Shown: piece by piece, positions 20,648 to 31,183 of the stretch
How the letters are laid out: each line of letters begins with the position of its first letter
Position numbering within the stretch: position 1 is the first letter of the stretch
DNA from: Paramoeba atlantica
Lineage: Eukaryota; Protista; Discosea
DNA length: 64,000 nt
Assembly (NCBI GenBank): GCA_977017575.1
Contig: CDRNVI010000020.1
Location: 496,001 to 560,000, forward strand
Direction: 5' to 3'
Notes under the pieces: generated by a model
The model's database searches: none
Seen by the model: only the letters and a program-made list of their open reading frames with translations
Told to the model about the DNA's origin: nothing
Translations under genes and position numbers: made by a program

Positions 20648-21170
20648 CTAATTGGGTTTTGGTAAGTGGTGAAGGCCAAAGGGAAGAAATCCATCTCCCT
20701 GGCCCCCGCCTTTTTCCTCGTGAGTGCGCCTTTTGAGGCGTTCGCCCTGCCTCACGGTGAAGGAGGGCTCAGCTGCCTCCTTATCCACGTAGGACGGGGT
20801 CAGTGGGTTTACCACAGTCACGTCCACTAGGACCAGTTTCCTCCCCAAAAGGAAACAGATGTCCGGTCCTCGCCCGTTGTCGAACCTCGGTTCGACTATA
20901 GGTCCGGGGTGAACCCATACTGAATCAGTAGGTTCCTGAAGGTTTCCTTAACCCCCTTATGGCGAGAGGCCTGTGTCTTGCCACGAACCTTTTTGCAATC
21001 CATGGCATGGACGCAGAAATCCTCGTTTTTGAGGACGGCGCCACACACACATTGGATCTCAGGTTCGGATGTGGGGACCACCATGTACCGGAGCCTAGCG
21101 GCGGTCTCCCATTCGGGATCCCGCATGTAGTACTCCGTCCTGTTCGGTCACGCGTTCATCGGTGGAGTGG
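20648..21170 (-). pseudogene. CRE-like non-LTR retrotransposon fragment (CCHC finger plus restriction-like endonuclease)
   Basis: ARLRY..CVCG..H..C..RH, GPD, LVDVTVVNP and FFPLAFTTY in successive frames. Confidence 0.85.
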
Positions 21171-21482
21171 ACGACTTGGTGGAGACCGCGCCACGTAATA
21201 GGAAGTATTTTCCTTCCCTTTTTATGAGACAATCCAAAGTTTCTTCTCCACTTTCGCGGCCCCCCCCACAAACAAATTCTTCCCCCAATTTTGTCTTTAT
21301 TAAAGGAGGGTCTGAGGGGTGGTCTCTATTAAAGGGGGGTCACAGTATACCGGGAGGTATGGTAAGCTGGACATTGGTTTAAATTTATGATGAAAAAACC
21401 AACTTTCTTCCCATTTCCCAACTTCCGTCTCCTCCAAACCCCCCTTGTCTTTTCATCTCCTTTTTAAACCCCCCTCCCCACC

Positions 21483-22871
21483 ATGCCCCCCTCTCTCCTC
21501 TCCCTCCTCCCTTTTCTCCTCCTCTCCCTCTCCCCTCCCACCCTCCAATCCCCCCCTCCCCCCCAAAAAACGAAAAAAGCCAAAAAAGCCAAAGCCCTCT
21601 CTTTTGCCTCCAACGCCTCCAGCGCCGTTCTCGACATCCACGGCATCGCCGACTACACCCGACTCGCCCACTCTCTCCGCGAGACCTTTGTGGTTTTATT
21701 CTACGACGACCGCGAGATCCACAGCGCGCCGTTGATTCCCTTGTGGGAGTCTGTGGCAGCGGAGATGGCCGGGTTTGCTACGGCCGCTGCCGTAAACGTA
21801 GCGAACCGGGAAAACACGTTTTTGGTCAATGCCTGGGGGATTGAGACTATTCCCTCGGTGCGCACACTGGGCCCCTATGTGGAGGGGAAGAAGAACGGCA
21901 CGGATGGGAGATTAGCCGCCTTTGCGGGACGGAAGGGGTTGGCGAAATATCAGGGAAGGCTTGGGGGAGGGGAGATTCGAAAGGCTGTGCTTTCCGCGTT
22001 GACCACGGCGTATGTGGGGAAACCGAAGACGCTGGGGGAGTATGAAAGTTTTGTGGAAAACGTGGAAAATGGAAAGGTCCGGAAAGTGGTGTTGTTGACG
22101 GGGAGGAATGAGACGACGGATTTGTATAAAGGTCTGAGTGTGCGGTTTCATCATCGTTTGGATTTTGCGGAAGTGAATTTGACAAGTCCGTTAGGGGTGG
22201 AGTTAGCCCATCGACATGGGGAGCTTGCGACGGAGGAAACGACCCCGTTAAAAACAACGCTGTTTGTGTTAGTGGAAGGAGAGAAGAAGAAACATATTAA
22301 ACACGCGCATCTCTATAATGGGGCGTATAATATGCAGGACATTAGTGCATTTTTAGAGCCCTATGCTCGAGATGAAAAAGAGGCCGAGTCGTGGCGCTGG
22401 CAGGAGTGGGCCAAAGTCATGGAAGCGATGAAGGCCCGCGCCGCAAAGCCTTTCGTTAATATTACCGGCGATCGCGTATTTCGAAGTGAGTTTGTGGAGA
22501 CTACAACGTCTGGTCTCTCGCTTGTCGGGTTCTTTAACGCAACAGCACTGAATGAAAATATGAACCATAAAATTTTGCACTTTTTCTTGTCCCGATACGT
22601 AGGTGGTGAGGCAAAGGAGGAAGGCGTACAGTTGCGAAAGGCAGGTTGGGTTTCAGCAGAGGATAATGAGGAGCTGATGCGGTTTTTGGGTGTGAAAATG
22701 GATTCTGTAGTGGCGTTCAACGCGGAGAAACAGAGTTTTGCTAGCTATGAAGGTGAGATTTCGGAATCTTCGCTTTCAAGCTGGATGGATGACGTGACGG
22801 CAGGTCGTGTGACGCTGCAACCTTTTGATAAGAGTGAGATGCCATCGTGTCAGTACTCTTTTGCGGAGTAA
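21483..22871 (+). CDS. Secretory thioredoxin-fold (PDI-like) protein without CXXC
   Basis: Signal peptide; FVVLFY...W...A..M.G..AAVN...GIETIP thioredoxin pattern; further b-type domains. Confidence 0.75.
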   Translation: MPPSLLSLLPFLLLSLSPPTLQSPPPPQKTKKAKKAKALSFASNASSAVLDIHGIADYTRLAHSLRETFVVLFYDDREIHSAPLIPLWESVAAEMAGFATAAAVNVANRENTFLVNAWGIETIPSVRTLGPYVEGKKNGTDGRLAAFAGRKGLAKYQGRLGGGEIRKAVLSALTTAYVGKPKTLGEYESFVENVENGKVRKVVLLTGRNETTDLYKGLSVRFHHRLDFAEVNLTSPLGVELAHRHGELATEETTPLKTTLFVLVEGEKKKHIKHAHLYNGAYNMQDISAFLEPYARDEKEAESWRWQEWAKVMEAMKARAAKPFVNITGDRVFRSEFVETTTSGLSLVGFFNATALNENMNHKILHFFLSRYVGGEAKEEGVQLRKAGWVSAEDNEELMRFLGVKMDSVVAFNAEKQSFASYEGEISESSLSSWMDDVTAGRVTLQPFDKSEMPSCQYSFAE

Positions 22872-23280
22872 ATAATTTTTCGTATGAAATGGTTCGTCAA
22901 TGAAATATTGTTGTAATGAAATATTGTCAATGTTGTAATGTTGATGTAACATTTTGACGTATCAAATAAATGAGTAATTCGTGATATATGCATCTCACTA
23001 TCCATTGGAAAAGACACAGTTCACATTATAATACATTCGTTCGTTTTAGAAGTTACCAAAGGTTTTGTTCACATCTTAATTTCAGCTTTTTTATCTGAAC
23101 TGTCCAACAACAATCTTCTAAGTGTTTGCTTTGCTTTCTTTCAATTATTATGGCCAGGAGTTCCGCAGTTCTGTTTTGTTTTTAATTCCATTTCGTCCTT
23201 ACTACACCTTACACCTTTTACCATAATCATTTTTTATTTGTACGTATTTTTACACAATTATTCTAACCCATCACTTCAAT

Positions 23281-25374
23281 ATGACATCTTCTTCAGACGA
23301 GGCCCTTCTCTCTCAGCTTCAAGAAATAGGTCTGGACTATAAGAACGCCTCCGATCTTTCCCGTTCGTCAGAAAAAGCCCAACCCATTCTTCAGTTCTTT
23401 CAAAAACACGACGCTTTTAGCGCCCCACGCAAGGCAAGAATGGCTCTGTACCATGTCTACCCCCAGCTAGCCTCTGATACTTTTCGAAACTTTCTTTCTC
23501 CCTATATTTTAAATGGAAAGCTGCACACTTCAACACAAATAGATGCCGCCGTACGCTATTTGAGCTCTTTGCAGCCTGAAGAAGATATCAACGTGTCCCG
23601 CTTTGAAGAAGAATCTGGACTTGGAAAAGAACCCTCACCTGAGCAAATTCAACAACAAGTAGGTGCGAAACTTTTAGAGATCTCAAACGATTCAAAATCT
23701 GCCGCGTACTCCGTAGGTCGCGTACTTCAAGCCATTCGTCGAGATCCGAAGCTGAGTTTGGTCAAATGGGCAGAGCCCTCTGCTCTGCTTCAGGAAATTC
23801 AACAACAGCTTTCAATTGAACCCTTTCGTAGCCATCCCGCTTTTAAAAGTGAAAAGGCGAAAGCCGCAGCAAAACAAACGGATAAGAAAATCAAAACAAC
23901 CTCAAAAGAGTCGAATATCTCCGAAACAATCCCCGAAACATCTCCTTCTGAAAACATCTCTCCTTCCCCTTCAACCTCAGCTTTACAACTCGATCTCCCT
24001 TCCCTCCTCTCCCTGGCACCTCTTTTCACCATTTCCACAGTTTCTGAAACCAACAACCCCATTCTCCTTCGCGGCTGGATTCACCGTATTCGTCGACAAG
24101 CCCATTTAACCTTTATCATGTTACGTGACACCACCGGGTATATTCAGGTCGTGATCCCTGAAGCTCTTCCCCATCTTCATCGTGAGAGTTCGATTGTGGT
24201 TTACGGATCTCTCCAAAACGAACCCAAGGCTCGAGGGAGCGTGCATACCCCGGAACACGCCCTCCTTCCTGCTCTCGAGCTCCAAGTAAAAAAATGGGCG
24301 CTCATTGGGCCCTCTCATGGGGATATTGAAAATGTAGTTCGGGAGGATAGCGCGGTGGATGTGCAGCTCGACCAAAGGCATCTCATGTTAAGAAGCACAA
24401 AAACAAGTGCCGTTATGCGCGTGCGCGCTGCGGCACTCCAAAGTTTTCGAACTCATTTCGCTAAAAAAGGCGTTCTCGAGGTGACCCCTCCGACATTGGT
24501 CCAAACCCAATGTGAGGGCGGGGCTACGCTTTTTTCGTTATCGGATTATTATGGGGAGAGTGCGTTTTTAACGCAAAGCAGCCAATTGTATTTAGAAACC
24601 GTTTTGAGCTCCATCGGGGATTGTTATTGTATCCTCCCCTCCTATCGTGCAGAAAAAAGTAAAACTCGACGACATTTAAGTGAGTTTACCCATATCGAGG
24701 CGGAATATGGAAATCTGACCTTTGAGGAGTTGCAGTGTCACCTGGAGAATTTGCTTGTTGAGGTTTTAAAGGAAATTATTCAAAACTGTGGCCGTTATCT
24801 CGCGCTATGTAATCCTGGAGGTTTAAAGGACCTGGATGCCGATCCGCAAGACCCAAATTCATGGAAATTCGTCCCGGCGTTACCTTTTTTACGTATTCCC
24901 TACGCAAAAGCGATTGAACTGTGCAACCAGCATGGGATTGAGAACCCGGAAACGAACAAACCTTTTGTATTCGGGGAAGATATTACGGATGCCCCAGAGA
25001 GAGCGTTGGTCGCGCTCATCGGACAGCCGGTCTTGCTCACGCATTTTCCAGCCGAAATGAAAAGTTTTTATATGGCACGAGATGAGAAATCTCCGAAACT
25101 TACAGAAAGTGTGGATGTGCTCGTCCCCGGGGTCGGCGAGATTATTGGAGGCTCTATGCGTACCTGGCGCTATGAGGAGCTCATGGCGGGTTACGGAAGA
25201 GAAAAATTAGACCCCAGTCCATATTATTGGTACACGGATTTACGAAAATATGGCAGTGTCCCGCATGGGGGATTTGGGCTCGGGTTGGAGCGGTTTCTGG
25301 CGTGGATTTGTAATCTGGATCATGTGCGCGAGGCGTGCATGTTTCCGAGGTTGATGAATCGCATAAAGCCGTGA
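23281..25374 (+). CDS. asnS: Asparaginyl-tRNA synthetase with a GlnRS-like N-terminal domain
   Basis: OB fold RGWIHRIR..LTFIMLRD; motifs EGGATLF, FLTQSSQLYLE, YRAEKSKTRRHLSEFTHIEAE and HGGFGLGLER. Confidence 0.95.
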   Translation: MTSSSDEALLSQLQEIGLDYKNASDLSRSSEKAQPILQFFQKHDAFSAPRKARMALYHVYPQLASDTFRNFLSPYILNGKLHTSTQIDAAVRYLSSLQPEEDINVSRFEEESGLGKEPSPEQIQQQVGAKLLEISNDSKSAAYSVGRVLQAIRRDPKLSLVKWAEPSALLQEIQQQLSIEPFRSHPAFKSEKAKAAAKQTDKKIKTTSKESNISETIPETSPSENISPSPSTSALQLDLPSLLSLAPLFTISTVSETNNPILLRGWIHRIRRQAHLTFIMLRDTTGYIQVVIPEALPHLHRESSIVVYGSLQNEPKARGSVHTPEHALLPALELQVKKWALIGPSHGDIENVVREDSAVDVQLDQRHLMLRSTKTSAVMRVRAAALQSFRTHFAKKGVLEVTPPTLVQTQCEGGATLFSLSDYYGESAFLTQSSQLYLETVLSSIGDCYCILPSYRAEKSKTRRHLSEFTHIEAEYGNLTFEELQCHLENLLVEVLKEIIQNCGRYLALCNPGGLKDLDADPQDPNSWKFVPALPFLRIPYAKAIELCNQHGIENPETNKPFVFGEDITDAPERALVALIGQPVLLTHFPAEMKSFYMARDEKSPKLTESVDVLVPGVGEIIGGSMRTWRYEELMAGYGREKLDPSPYYWYTDLRKYGSVPHGGFGLGLERFLAWICNLDHVREACMFPRLMNRIKP

Positions 25375-26140
25375 GTGGAAGAGCAGTGGGGGGAAGGCGT
25401 GGGCGCAAAGAGAAAACCATTCGGGAGAGTAGTATCGTAACGTTCGTTCGTGGAGTATCAAGTATCTAATAGATAAGATTCTCTTTGGACATCGTTCGTT
25501 TGCCAGCGTTTTTCATATGAAGTATGAAAATACATTTTTTTTTTGTTTTTTCTTTTCTAAGTGCTTTGATGGCACTCAAGACTCAAAAAAATTTGACTTT
25601 TATGAATACTTTTGAATCTTTTTCGTGCATTTCTTTTAAAAGTTAAATTTCCTACTCATTTTCATCCTTGCATTGGATTTTTTCCCTCTTTTTCTTCCTA
25701 CTCCCATCTCAACTTCTCTATCTCCATCCCAGCATCACACACTCACCCCCTCTCTCCCCAGGTCCTTTAAATTCATCCGCCTCGCTTAACCCTTCCTCTC
25801 TCTTCCCCTGTGTAACCGAGCCCTACACCAAACGAACCGTACCCAAAACAGAGTATATTTTACACCATTATCTCCCTACTCCTCCTTTTAGTCTGCTGTC
25901 AGATTCTCTTATACGGGATCAAACCTGGAAAAGTGCGGCAAAGCTCTTCGCTAGGGGAACGAGGTCTCTCGAATTCCCAAAAATGAGCAAACCCGGAGAA
26001 AGAATCAAACTTTCCGGTAGGGTGTGGGTTAATTTAATAGCTATAGTTTGCGGTGGTTGTATAGCTACCGCTCTACCCTCGATTATTGAAAAAAAAGTGA
26101 ACAAAAACAGTGAAAATATAAAGAGGAACACAGTAATATA

Positions 26141-26828
26141 AACCACCGTCCGGGTTATTATACCTAGGGACACCTATTGTACCTCCTAGGTATAATAAGT
26201 GTCCCTGGGGTCCTTATTATACCTCCCCCCCCTACCTTCAGAGGCAGGTGCAGAACTTACAGGACCGTAAATTTTGATGTTGGAGGGCTCTAAAATTTGT
26301 AAACCTTGGCCCATTTTGGAAAGTTATAGCGCATTCGAGAGCTCTCGAACAGGGCCCGTGAACGCGCAGGCATGGAATCTTCGTTGTTTGGATTTTCGAA
26401 TGCACGTAGATCACTTTGTTTTTTGGTAGACAAAATCTTGCATTTTTCACAATTTCCACTCACTGCGCGTAAATTTCAATGTTGCGTTTGATGGAAGCTT
26501 ACCAAGAAATCAGATTAACGTTGTCAAGAGTTTTGACCAGTTTGGGTATAGTAACCACGAAAATACATGTATTCGTGGCGTTTCATATTCTTTTACCCCT
26601 GAAGCCCCAGAAAACAAACTTACCTCCACACTCGCACACGTTCCCCGAGACGTCCACAGGCGCAAGAGGAAAACTTGCAAATGGATCATAACATGTTGTG
26701 AGCAATACGAAAAAGAACGCGCCGCGAAGCGGCGCGAAATTTCTTTTTACCCTTTTTTCAAAGAAAAGTTATTATACCTCCTAGGACACTTATTATACCT
26801 CCTAGGTATAATAACCCGGACGGTGGTT
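26141..26828. mobile_element. 688-bp AACC-family MITE, TA TSD, hairpin at 26718-26736
   Basis: TA-AACCACCGTCCGGGTTATTATACCTAGG ... CCTAGGTATAATAACCCGGACGGTGGTT-TA; the interior (~26235-26345) carries a piece of the Tc1 TIR seen at 58560. Confidence 0.9.
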
Positions 26829-27089
26829 TAATAGAGGAAAAAAATATCAAAGGGATCCCGGTGGTCCAAAACTGAAAAATCAAAAAAATGGGGGGTCCAG
26901 GGGATGACCACGAATCAGATAAAAGGATAAATCACAAATCGGATAAAAAAGATAATGAGCACAAATCGGTGGTCATTATTTAAAAAAATATTCTTTTTTA
27001 CGAGCACTGTAACGTTTCTTTGGCATGAAACAGAGAAACGAAAACAAAAGAAAAGAAATCCCTATTCTGGTACATTCTCACCTATCTTA

Positions 27090-27514
27090 CCGGTGATGCA
27101 CTTTTTAACGTAATTAAAATGTACGGTTTTTTAATTAACGTAGCACTAATTAACGCACTGATTAATTTTGGTCAAAAAATGGCGAAAAATAATTAATAAT
27201 TTCTTTTTTTATATTTCTAGCAGCCTCAACCTTACGCCTCAAGAATACGCCCCGTTGCCCTTGGAAACTACACCCATAGGCGGTGGAGTATTTCGCTTTA
27301 GGTGGAATTTTGGAAAAGTGTGCAAACTTGGTTCAATCTTGTGGGTTTAAGAATAGTAAACCTCAAATTTTTTGTGGAACTAAATTTTTTACTATCGCGC
27401 CACAACAACATAAATTAACGTAACTTTATTTAACGTAGCATTAATTAACGTAAACATTTTTTTCCTGTCAGAAATTACGTTAATTCATGTTATTCTTCAT
27501 TTAAGTTTCACCGG
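27090..27514. mobile_element. 425-bp MITE-like insert with short CCGGTGA TIR and TTAACGTA internal repeats
   Basis: TA-CCGGTGA ... TCACCGG-TA; lies between ~70-bp direct repeats (26960-27030, 27522-27592). Confidence 0.55.
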
Positions 27515-27661
27515 TAACCCCAACACAAATCGCGGGTCATGATTTAAAAAAATATTCTTTTTTACGACCACCGCAACGTTTCTTTGGCATCACCCCCAAC
27601 CTTTCCTCTCCGTTTTACTTTCTCCACCCCAGTTTTACTTTCTCCCCCCTCCCCTCCCTCC

Positions 27662-29104
27662 ATGGCCTTCAAATTCATCCACCTCGCCCGGCCCTTCCTC
27701 CCCCTCCTCCCCTCCGTCACCCACCCCCCCTCCACCAAACGAGCCGTCCCCATACGCGACCGTCTCCTCTACACCGTCCTCGCCCTCCTGCTCTTCCTGG
27801 TGTGCTGCCAGATTCCCCTCTACGGGATCAACCCCGGGAAGGGCTCCGACCCGTTCTACTGGATGCGTGTGATCCTGGCCTCCAACCGGGGCACGCTGAT
27901 GGAGCTCGGGATCTCCCCGCTGGTGACCTCCTCGCTCGTGATGGAATTACTCAGCGGGGCGAAGATCCTCTCGGTGGAGGAGAGTGACGCGGGGGAGAAG
28001 GCGCTGTACAACGCCGTGCAGAAGTTGCTGGCGCTCGGGATTACGTTTGTGGAGGCGGTGGCCTATGTCGCCAGCGGGATGTATGGGGAGGTGAAACAGA
28101 TGGGGATGGGCACGGCGGGGTTTATTGTGGTGCAGCTGGTGGCGGCGGGGGTGCTGTGTATTCTGCTGGATGATATGTTGAACAAGGGCTGGGGGATTGG
28201 GAGTGGAACCTCGCTGTTTATTTGCTGTAATATTTGTGAAAACTTGCTGTGGAAGAGTTTTAGCCCAACGACGATTAATCAAGGGCGGGGGACGGAGTTT
28301 GAGGGTGCGATTGTGGCGCTGTTTCATTTGTTGGCGGTGCGTCCGGATAAGTTTCGAGCCCTTCAAGAAGCTTTTTATCGTCCCCATCTTCCCAACTTAA
28401 CCAATCTCCTCGCAACCGCGGTAGTTTTACTCATTGTGTTGTTCTTCCAAGGGTTCCGTGTTGATCTCCCGCTTGTGAGCACCAAACAGCGTGGCGCCAC
28501 GAGCACCCACCCGATTCGGCTCTTTTATACCAGCAACATGCCGATTATTTTGCAGGCCGCGTTGGTCTCCAATCTTTATTTCTTCTCCCAGCTCCTCTAC
28601 AAACGATTTCCAAGTAATTTCTTCGTCGGTTTACTCGGTCGCTGGGAGGAACTCGAGTACGGGCAGAGTTATGGACAAAGTATCCCGGTCGGGGGAGTGG
28701 CGTATTACATCACGGCTCCTCAATCGTTTGGGGAGATGTTTGTGGATCCGATTCACGCGATTGTCTATGTGAGTTTTGTGTTAACCACCTGCGCGCTTTT
28801 TAGTAAAGCATGGATTAATGTCAGTGGGACCAGCCCGCGTGATGTGGCCAAGGAGATTAAACAGGCTGAGATGACACTAAAGGGGTTTCGAAGTAATGAG
28901 GAGGAGATGGCGGTACATTTGGATCGGTACATTCCCACAGCAGCGGCGTTTGGCGGGATGTGCATTGGAGCGCTGACAGTACTGGCGGATTTTTTGGGCG
29001 CGATTGGATCCGGAACCGGGATTTTGTTGGCGGTGTCGATCATACAGCAGTATGGGGAGATTTTGGGGAGAGAGGCGAGTGAGTTGGGGTTGGGACAGAT
29101 GTAG
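27662..29104 (+). CDS. SEC61A: Sec61 translocon alpha subunit
   Basis: QIPLYGI, DPFYWMRVILASNRGTLMELGISP, LFYTSNMPIILQ and GSGTGILLAV. Confidence 0.98.
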   Translation: MAFKFIHLARPFLPLLPSVTHPPSTKRAVPIRDRLLYTVLALLLFLVCCQIPLYGINPGKGSDPFYWMRVILASNRGTLMELGISPLVTSSLVMELLSGAKILSVEESDAGEKALYNAVQKLLALGITFVEAVAYVASGMYGEVKQMGMGTAGFIVVQLVAAGVLCILLDDMLNKGWGIGSGTSLFICCNICENLLWKSFSPTTINQGRGTEFEGAIVALFHLLAVRPDKFRALQEAFYRPHLPNLTNLLATAVVLLIVLFFQGFRVDLPLVSTKQRGATSTHPIRLFYTSNMPIILQAALVSNLYFFSQLLYKRFPSNFFVGLLGRWEELEYGQSYGQSIPVGGVAYYITAPQSFGEMFVDPIHAIVYVSFVLTTCALFSKAWINVSGTSPRDVAKEIKQAEMTLKGFRSNEEEMAVHLDRYIPTAAAFGGMCIGALTVLADFLGAIGSGTGILLAVSIIQQYGEILGREASELGLGQM

Positions 29105-29488
29105 AAAGGGGAGATATGGTAAGGAAGACGTTCATTTTCGGACAAATTAACAAATGAATGAAAAAACGCATAGGTTGAAATATTAAGCGTAGATTGGGTT
29201 GAATTTGATGAAATGGGTTGGACGGTAAGTTTTTCTTGTGATTTGAAAAGCGCTTTTGTGTCGGCGCATTAAATGTGCTTTTGTATGACGACAATTGGTT
29301 TGTCTTTTAAAGATTTTACTTTCTGCGTCCGAAAATGCTTTGGTCTTTTGGGGTAAATTTAGAAGTAAATTTTCAAATCAAGCTTATTTTGAACCTAGTC
29401 TTTTCGTATTCCTACATCTATCGTTCCATACCTACCTTTTGTTCTTGACTTTCTACAGCTTCTCTTTCACTATTTTTTTTGATTCCGG

Positions 29489-30046
29489 ATGGTCAATCCA
29501 GTTCACCGTAAACTCAAACACCACGAGCAGCGACTGCTAAGAAAACATGATTTTTTAAGCTACAAATCAGAAAGGCGAAGCCACGAGAGTCTTGTGATTC
29601 GAAAATATGCCTTAGAGGACCGTGAAGACTACACACGGTACAACAAATTAGCCGGAATGGTACGATCACTCGTCAACAACCTACGCTATCTTCCTTCTGA
29701 TAGCAAAATACGTATGGAGATTACCAACCAACTTTTAGGGAAGTTGTATGACATGGGCGTGACCCCTTCGCAGCAAAGCTTGGAGGTTGTGGAGAATCTC
29801 ACCACTTCTGCGTTTTGTAAGCGACGACTTCCGGTCATTTTACTCGCCATGAAATTTGCGCCTCGAGTGGCGCTAGCAAGTCAATTTGTGCGACAAGGGC
29901 ATATTCGTGTGGGGACACATCAAATTACGGATCCTGCATTTTTGGTTCCTCGAGCGTTAGAGGACCATATTCACTGGATGGACAAGAGTAAGATTCGCTC
30001 CCACGTGATGAAGTATAAAAGCCAAGTCGATGATTTTGAGTTGTAG
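29489..30046 (+). CDS. IMP3: U3 snoRNP protein Imp3
   Basis: RKLKHHEQRLL, REDYTRYNKL, AFCKRRLP and GHIRVG (S4 domain). Confidence 0.96.
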   Translation: MVNPVHRKLKHHEQRLLRKHDFLSYKSERRSHESLVIRKYALEDREDYTRYNKLAGMVRSLVNNLRYLPSDSKIRMEITNQLLGKLYDMGVTPSQQSLEVVENLTTSAFCKRRLPVILLAMKFAPRVALASQFVRQGHIRVGTHQITDPAFLVPRALEDHIHWMDKSKIRSHVMKYKSQVDDFEL

Positions 30047-30295
30047 CTTAATGTAAAAAGAGGTCAACCCGTTTTGCATTTCATGATCTTTTGTTAATAT
30101 TTTGATTTCATTATACATTATGATATCAAAATCTCTGAAGCCTTTTCGTGTTTTGCTTTCGTGTATACATTGCTCTTGTGTATGACAGTTCCTTTACCTT
30201 TTTGCTACAAAACAATTTTCCATGATTATTTAAGTTTTTTTCTTTTAAATCTCAATTTTGGATTTTACTGATCCAAAATTTTTTTGGACAAAAAC

Positions 30296-31183
30296 ATGGA
30301 AGTCCCGCCTCAAGCCATACAACCTGGGAGAGTACGCGGAGCGCATTTTCCATTGGAAATTCAGCTCAACTTGTTTTTAAGAAACGTCACAGGTGGGGAC
30401 AAAACTTGGGACACATCCGTACCAGGGTGTACTTGGCGAGGCGTCATGTGTGATGGTAAGCAAAACCTTAAAAGTCTTGATTTTAAAAATTTTGAGTGCT
30501 TTGGAACGCTGAATTGGTCTTATCTTTCTGCGTTTGATTTCATTCATTCCATTGAGCTTTCGAATAATGTGTTTTCCGGATCTTTAGATCTCGACGCGAT
30601 TCCTTCACAAGTGCGCTTTCTTGTTTTGTCGCATAATAAATTCGATGATGTTTTACGCACAGAATTTTTGTCTTCTCGGTTACTCATTTTTAACGTAAAG
30701 CGCAACAAATTTTCTGGTTTTGTACAGGTGCCAACCCAAGCCACGTCCTTAACAGAGCTTGACATTTCTGAAAACTTATTAAGTGGTACATTTCCTTTAG
30801 AAATGCTTCCACCTTCGCTCGTAAATTTGGATATTTCACGAAATTTATTTACAGGATCTTTAAAACTAGTTTCTCTCCCCTGTAAAAATTTAAGTAACTT
30901 GGCTGCTGCTCGAAATCAATTCAGTGGGTCGATCGATCTGCAAGGGCTTCCTGATGCTCTCTCTAGTCTCAATCTTTCTTTTAATTCGCTCAGTGGAAAT
31001 CTTTTGTTAGATCACCTTCCGCAGTATATGTACTTCCTCATACTTAACAATAACAAATTCAGCGGTGACGTGTCTCTTGACCGCCTTCCAGCTTTTTTAG
31101 AATCCGTTTATCTCCAATCAAATTCATTTGACTCTGTTCCTGATGTCCTAAGCTGTCGTCCTGGGCTTAACTTCCGCTTATGA
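30296..31183 (+). CDS. LRR protein (LRRNT cap plus ~9 repeats)
   Basis: WDTSVPGCTWRGVMCD cap; NxFSGSIDLxxLP repeats. An upstream out-of-frame ATG at ~30222 could supply a signal peptide. Confidence 0.85.
   Translation: MEVPPQAIQPGRVRGAHFPLEIQLNLFLRNVTGGDKTWDTSVPGCTWRGVMCDGKQNLKSLDFKNFECFGTLNWSYLSAFDFIHSIELSNNVFSGSLDLDAIPSQVRFLVLSHNKFDDVLRTEFLSSRLLIFNVKRNKFSGFVQVPTQATSLTELDISENLLSGTFPLEMLPPSLVNLDISRNLFTGSLKLVSLPCKNLSNLAAARNQFSGSIDLQGLPDALSSLNLSFNSLSGNLLLDHLPQYMYFLILNNNKFSGDVSLDRLPAFLESVYLQSNSFDSVPDVLSCRPGLNFRL

Larger units (their letters stand above)
19686..21345. mobile_element. YTGTG-family MITE expanded by retroelement insertion; hairpin at 19780-19798
   Basis: TA-TTGTGACCCCCCCTTTAAT ... 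ATTAAAGGGGGGTCACAG-TA. Confidence 0.75.
19436..21379. mobile_element. AACC-family element (outer shell of a nested stack)
   Basis: TA-AACCAGTCTAGTTTACCATACC ... GGTATGGTAAGCTGGACATTGGTT-TA. Confidence 0.7.

Noticed and set aside
25668-26141. 157-aa ORF as a gene
   Set aside because: Non-ATG start, no recognisable motif, and its 3' part runs into repeat sequence also seen at ~15115 and into a MITE end.
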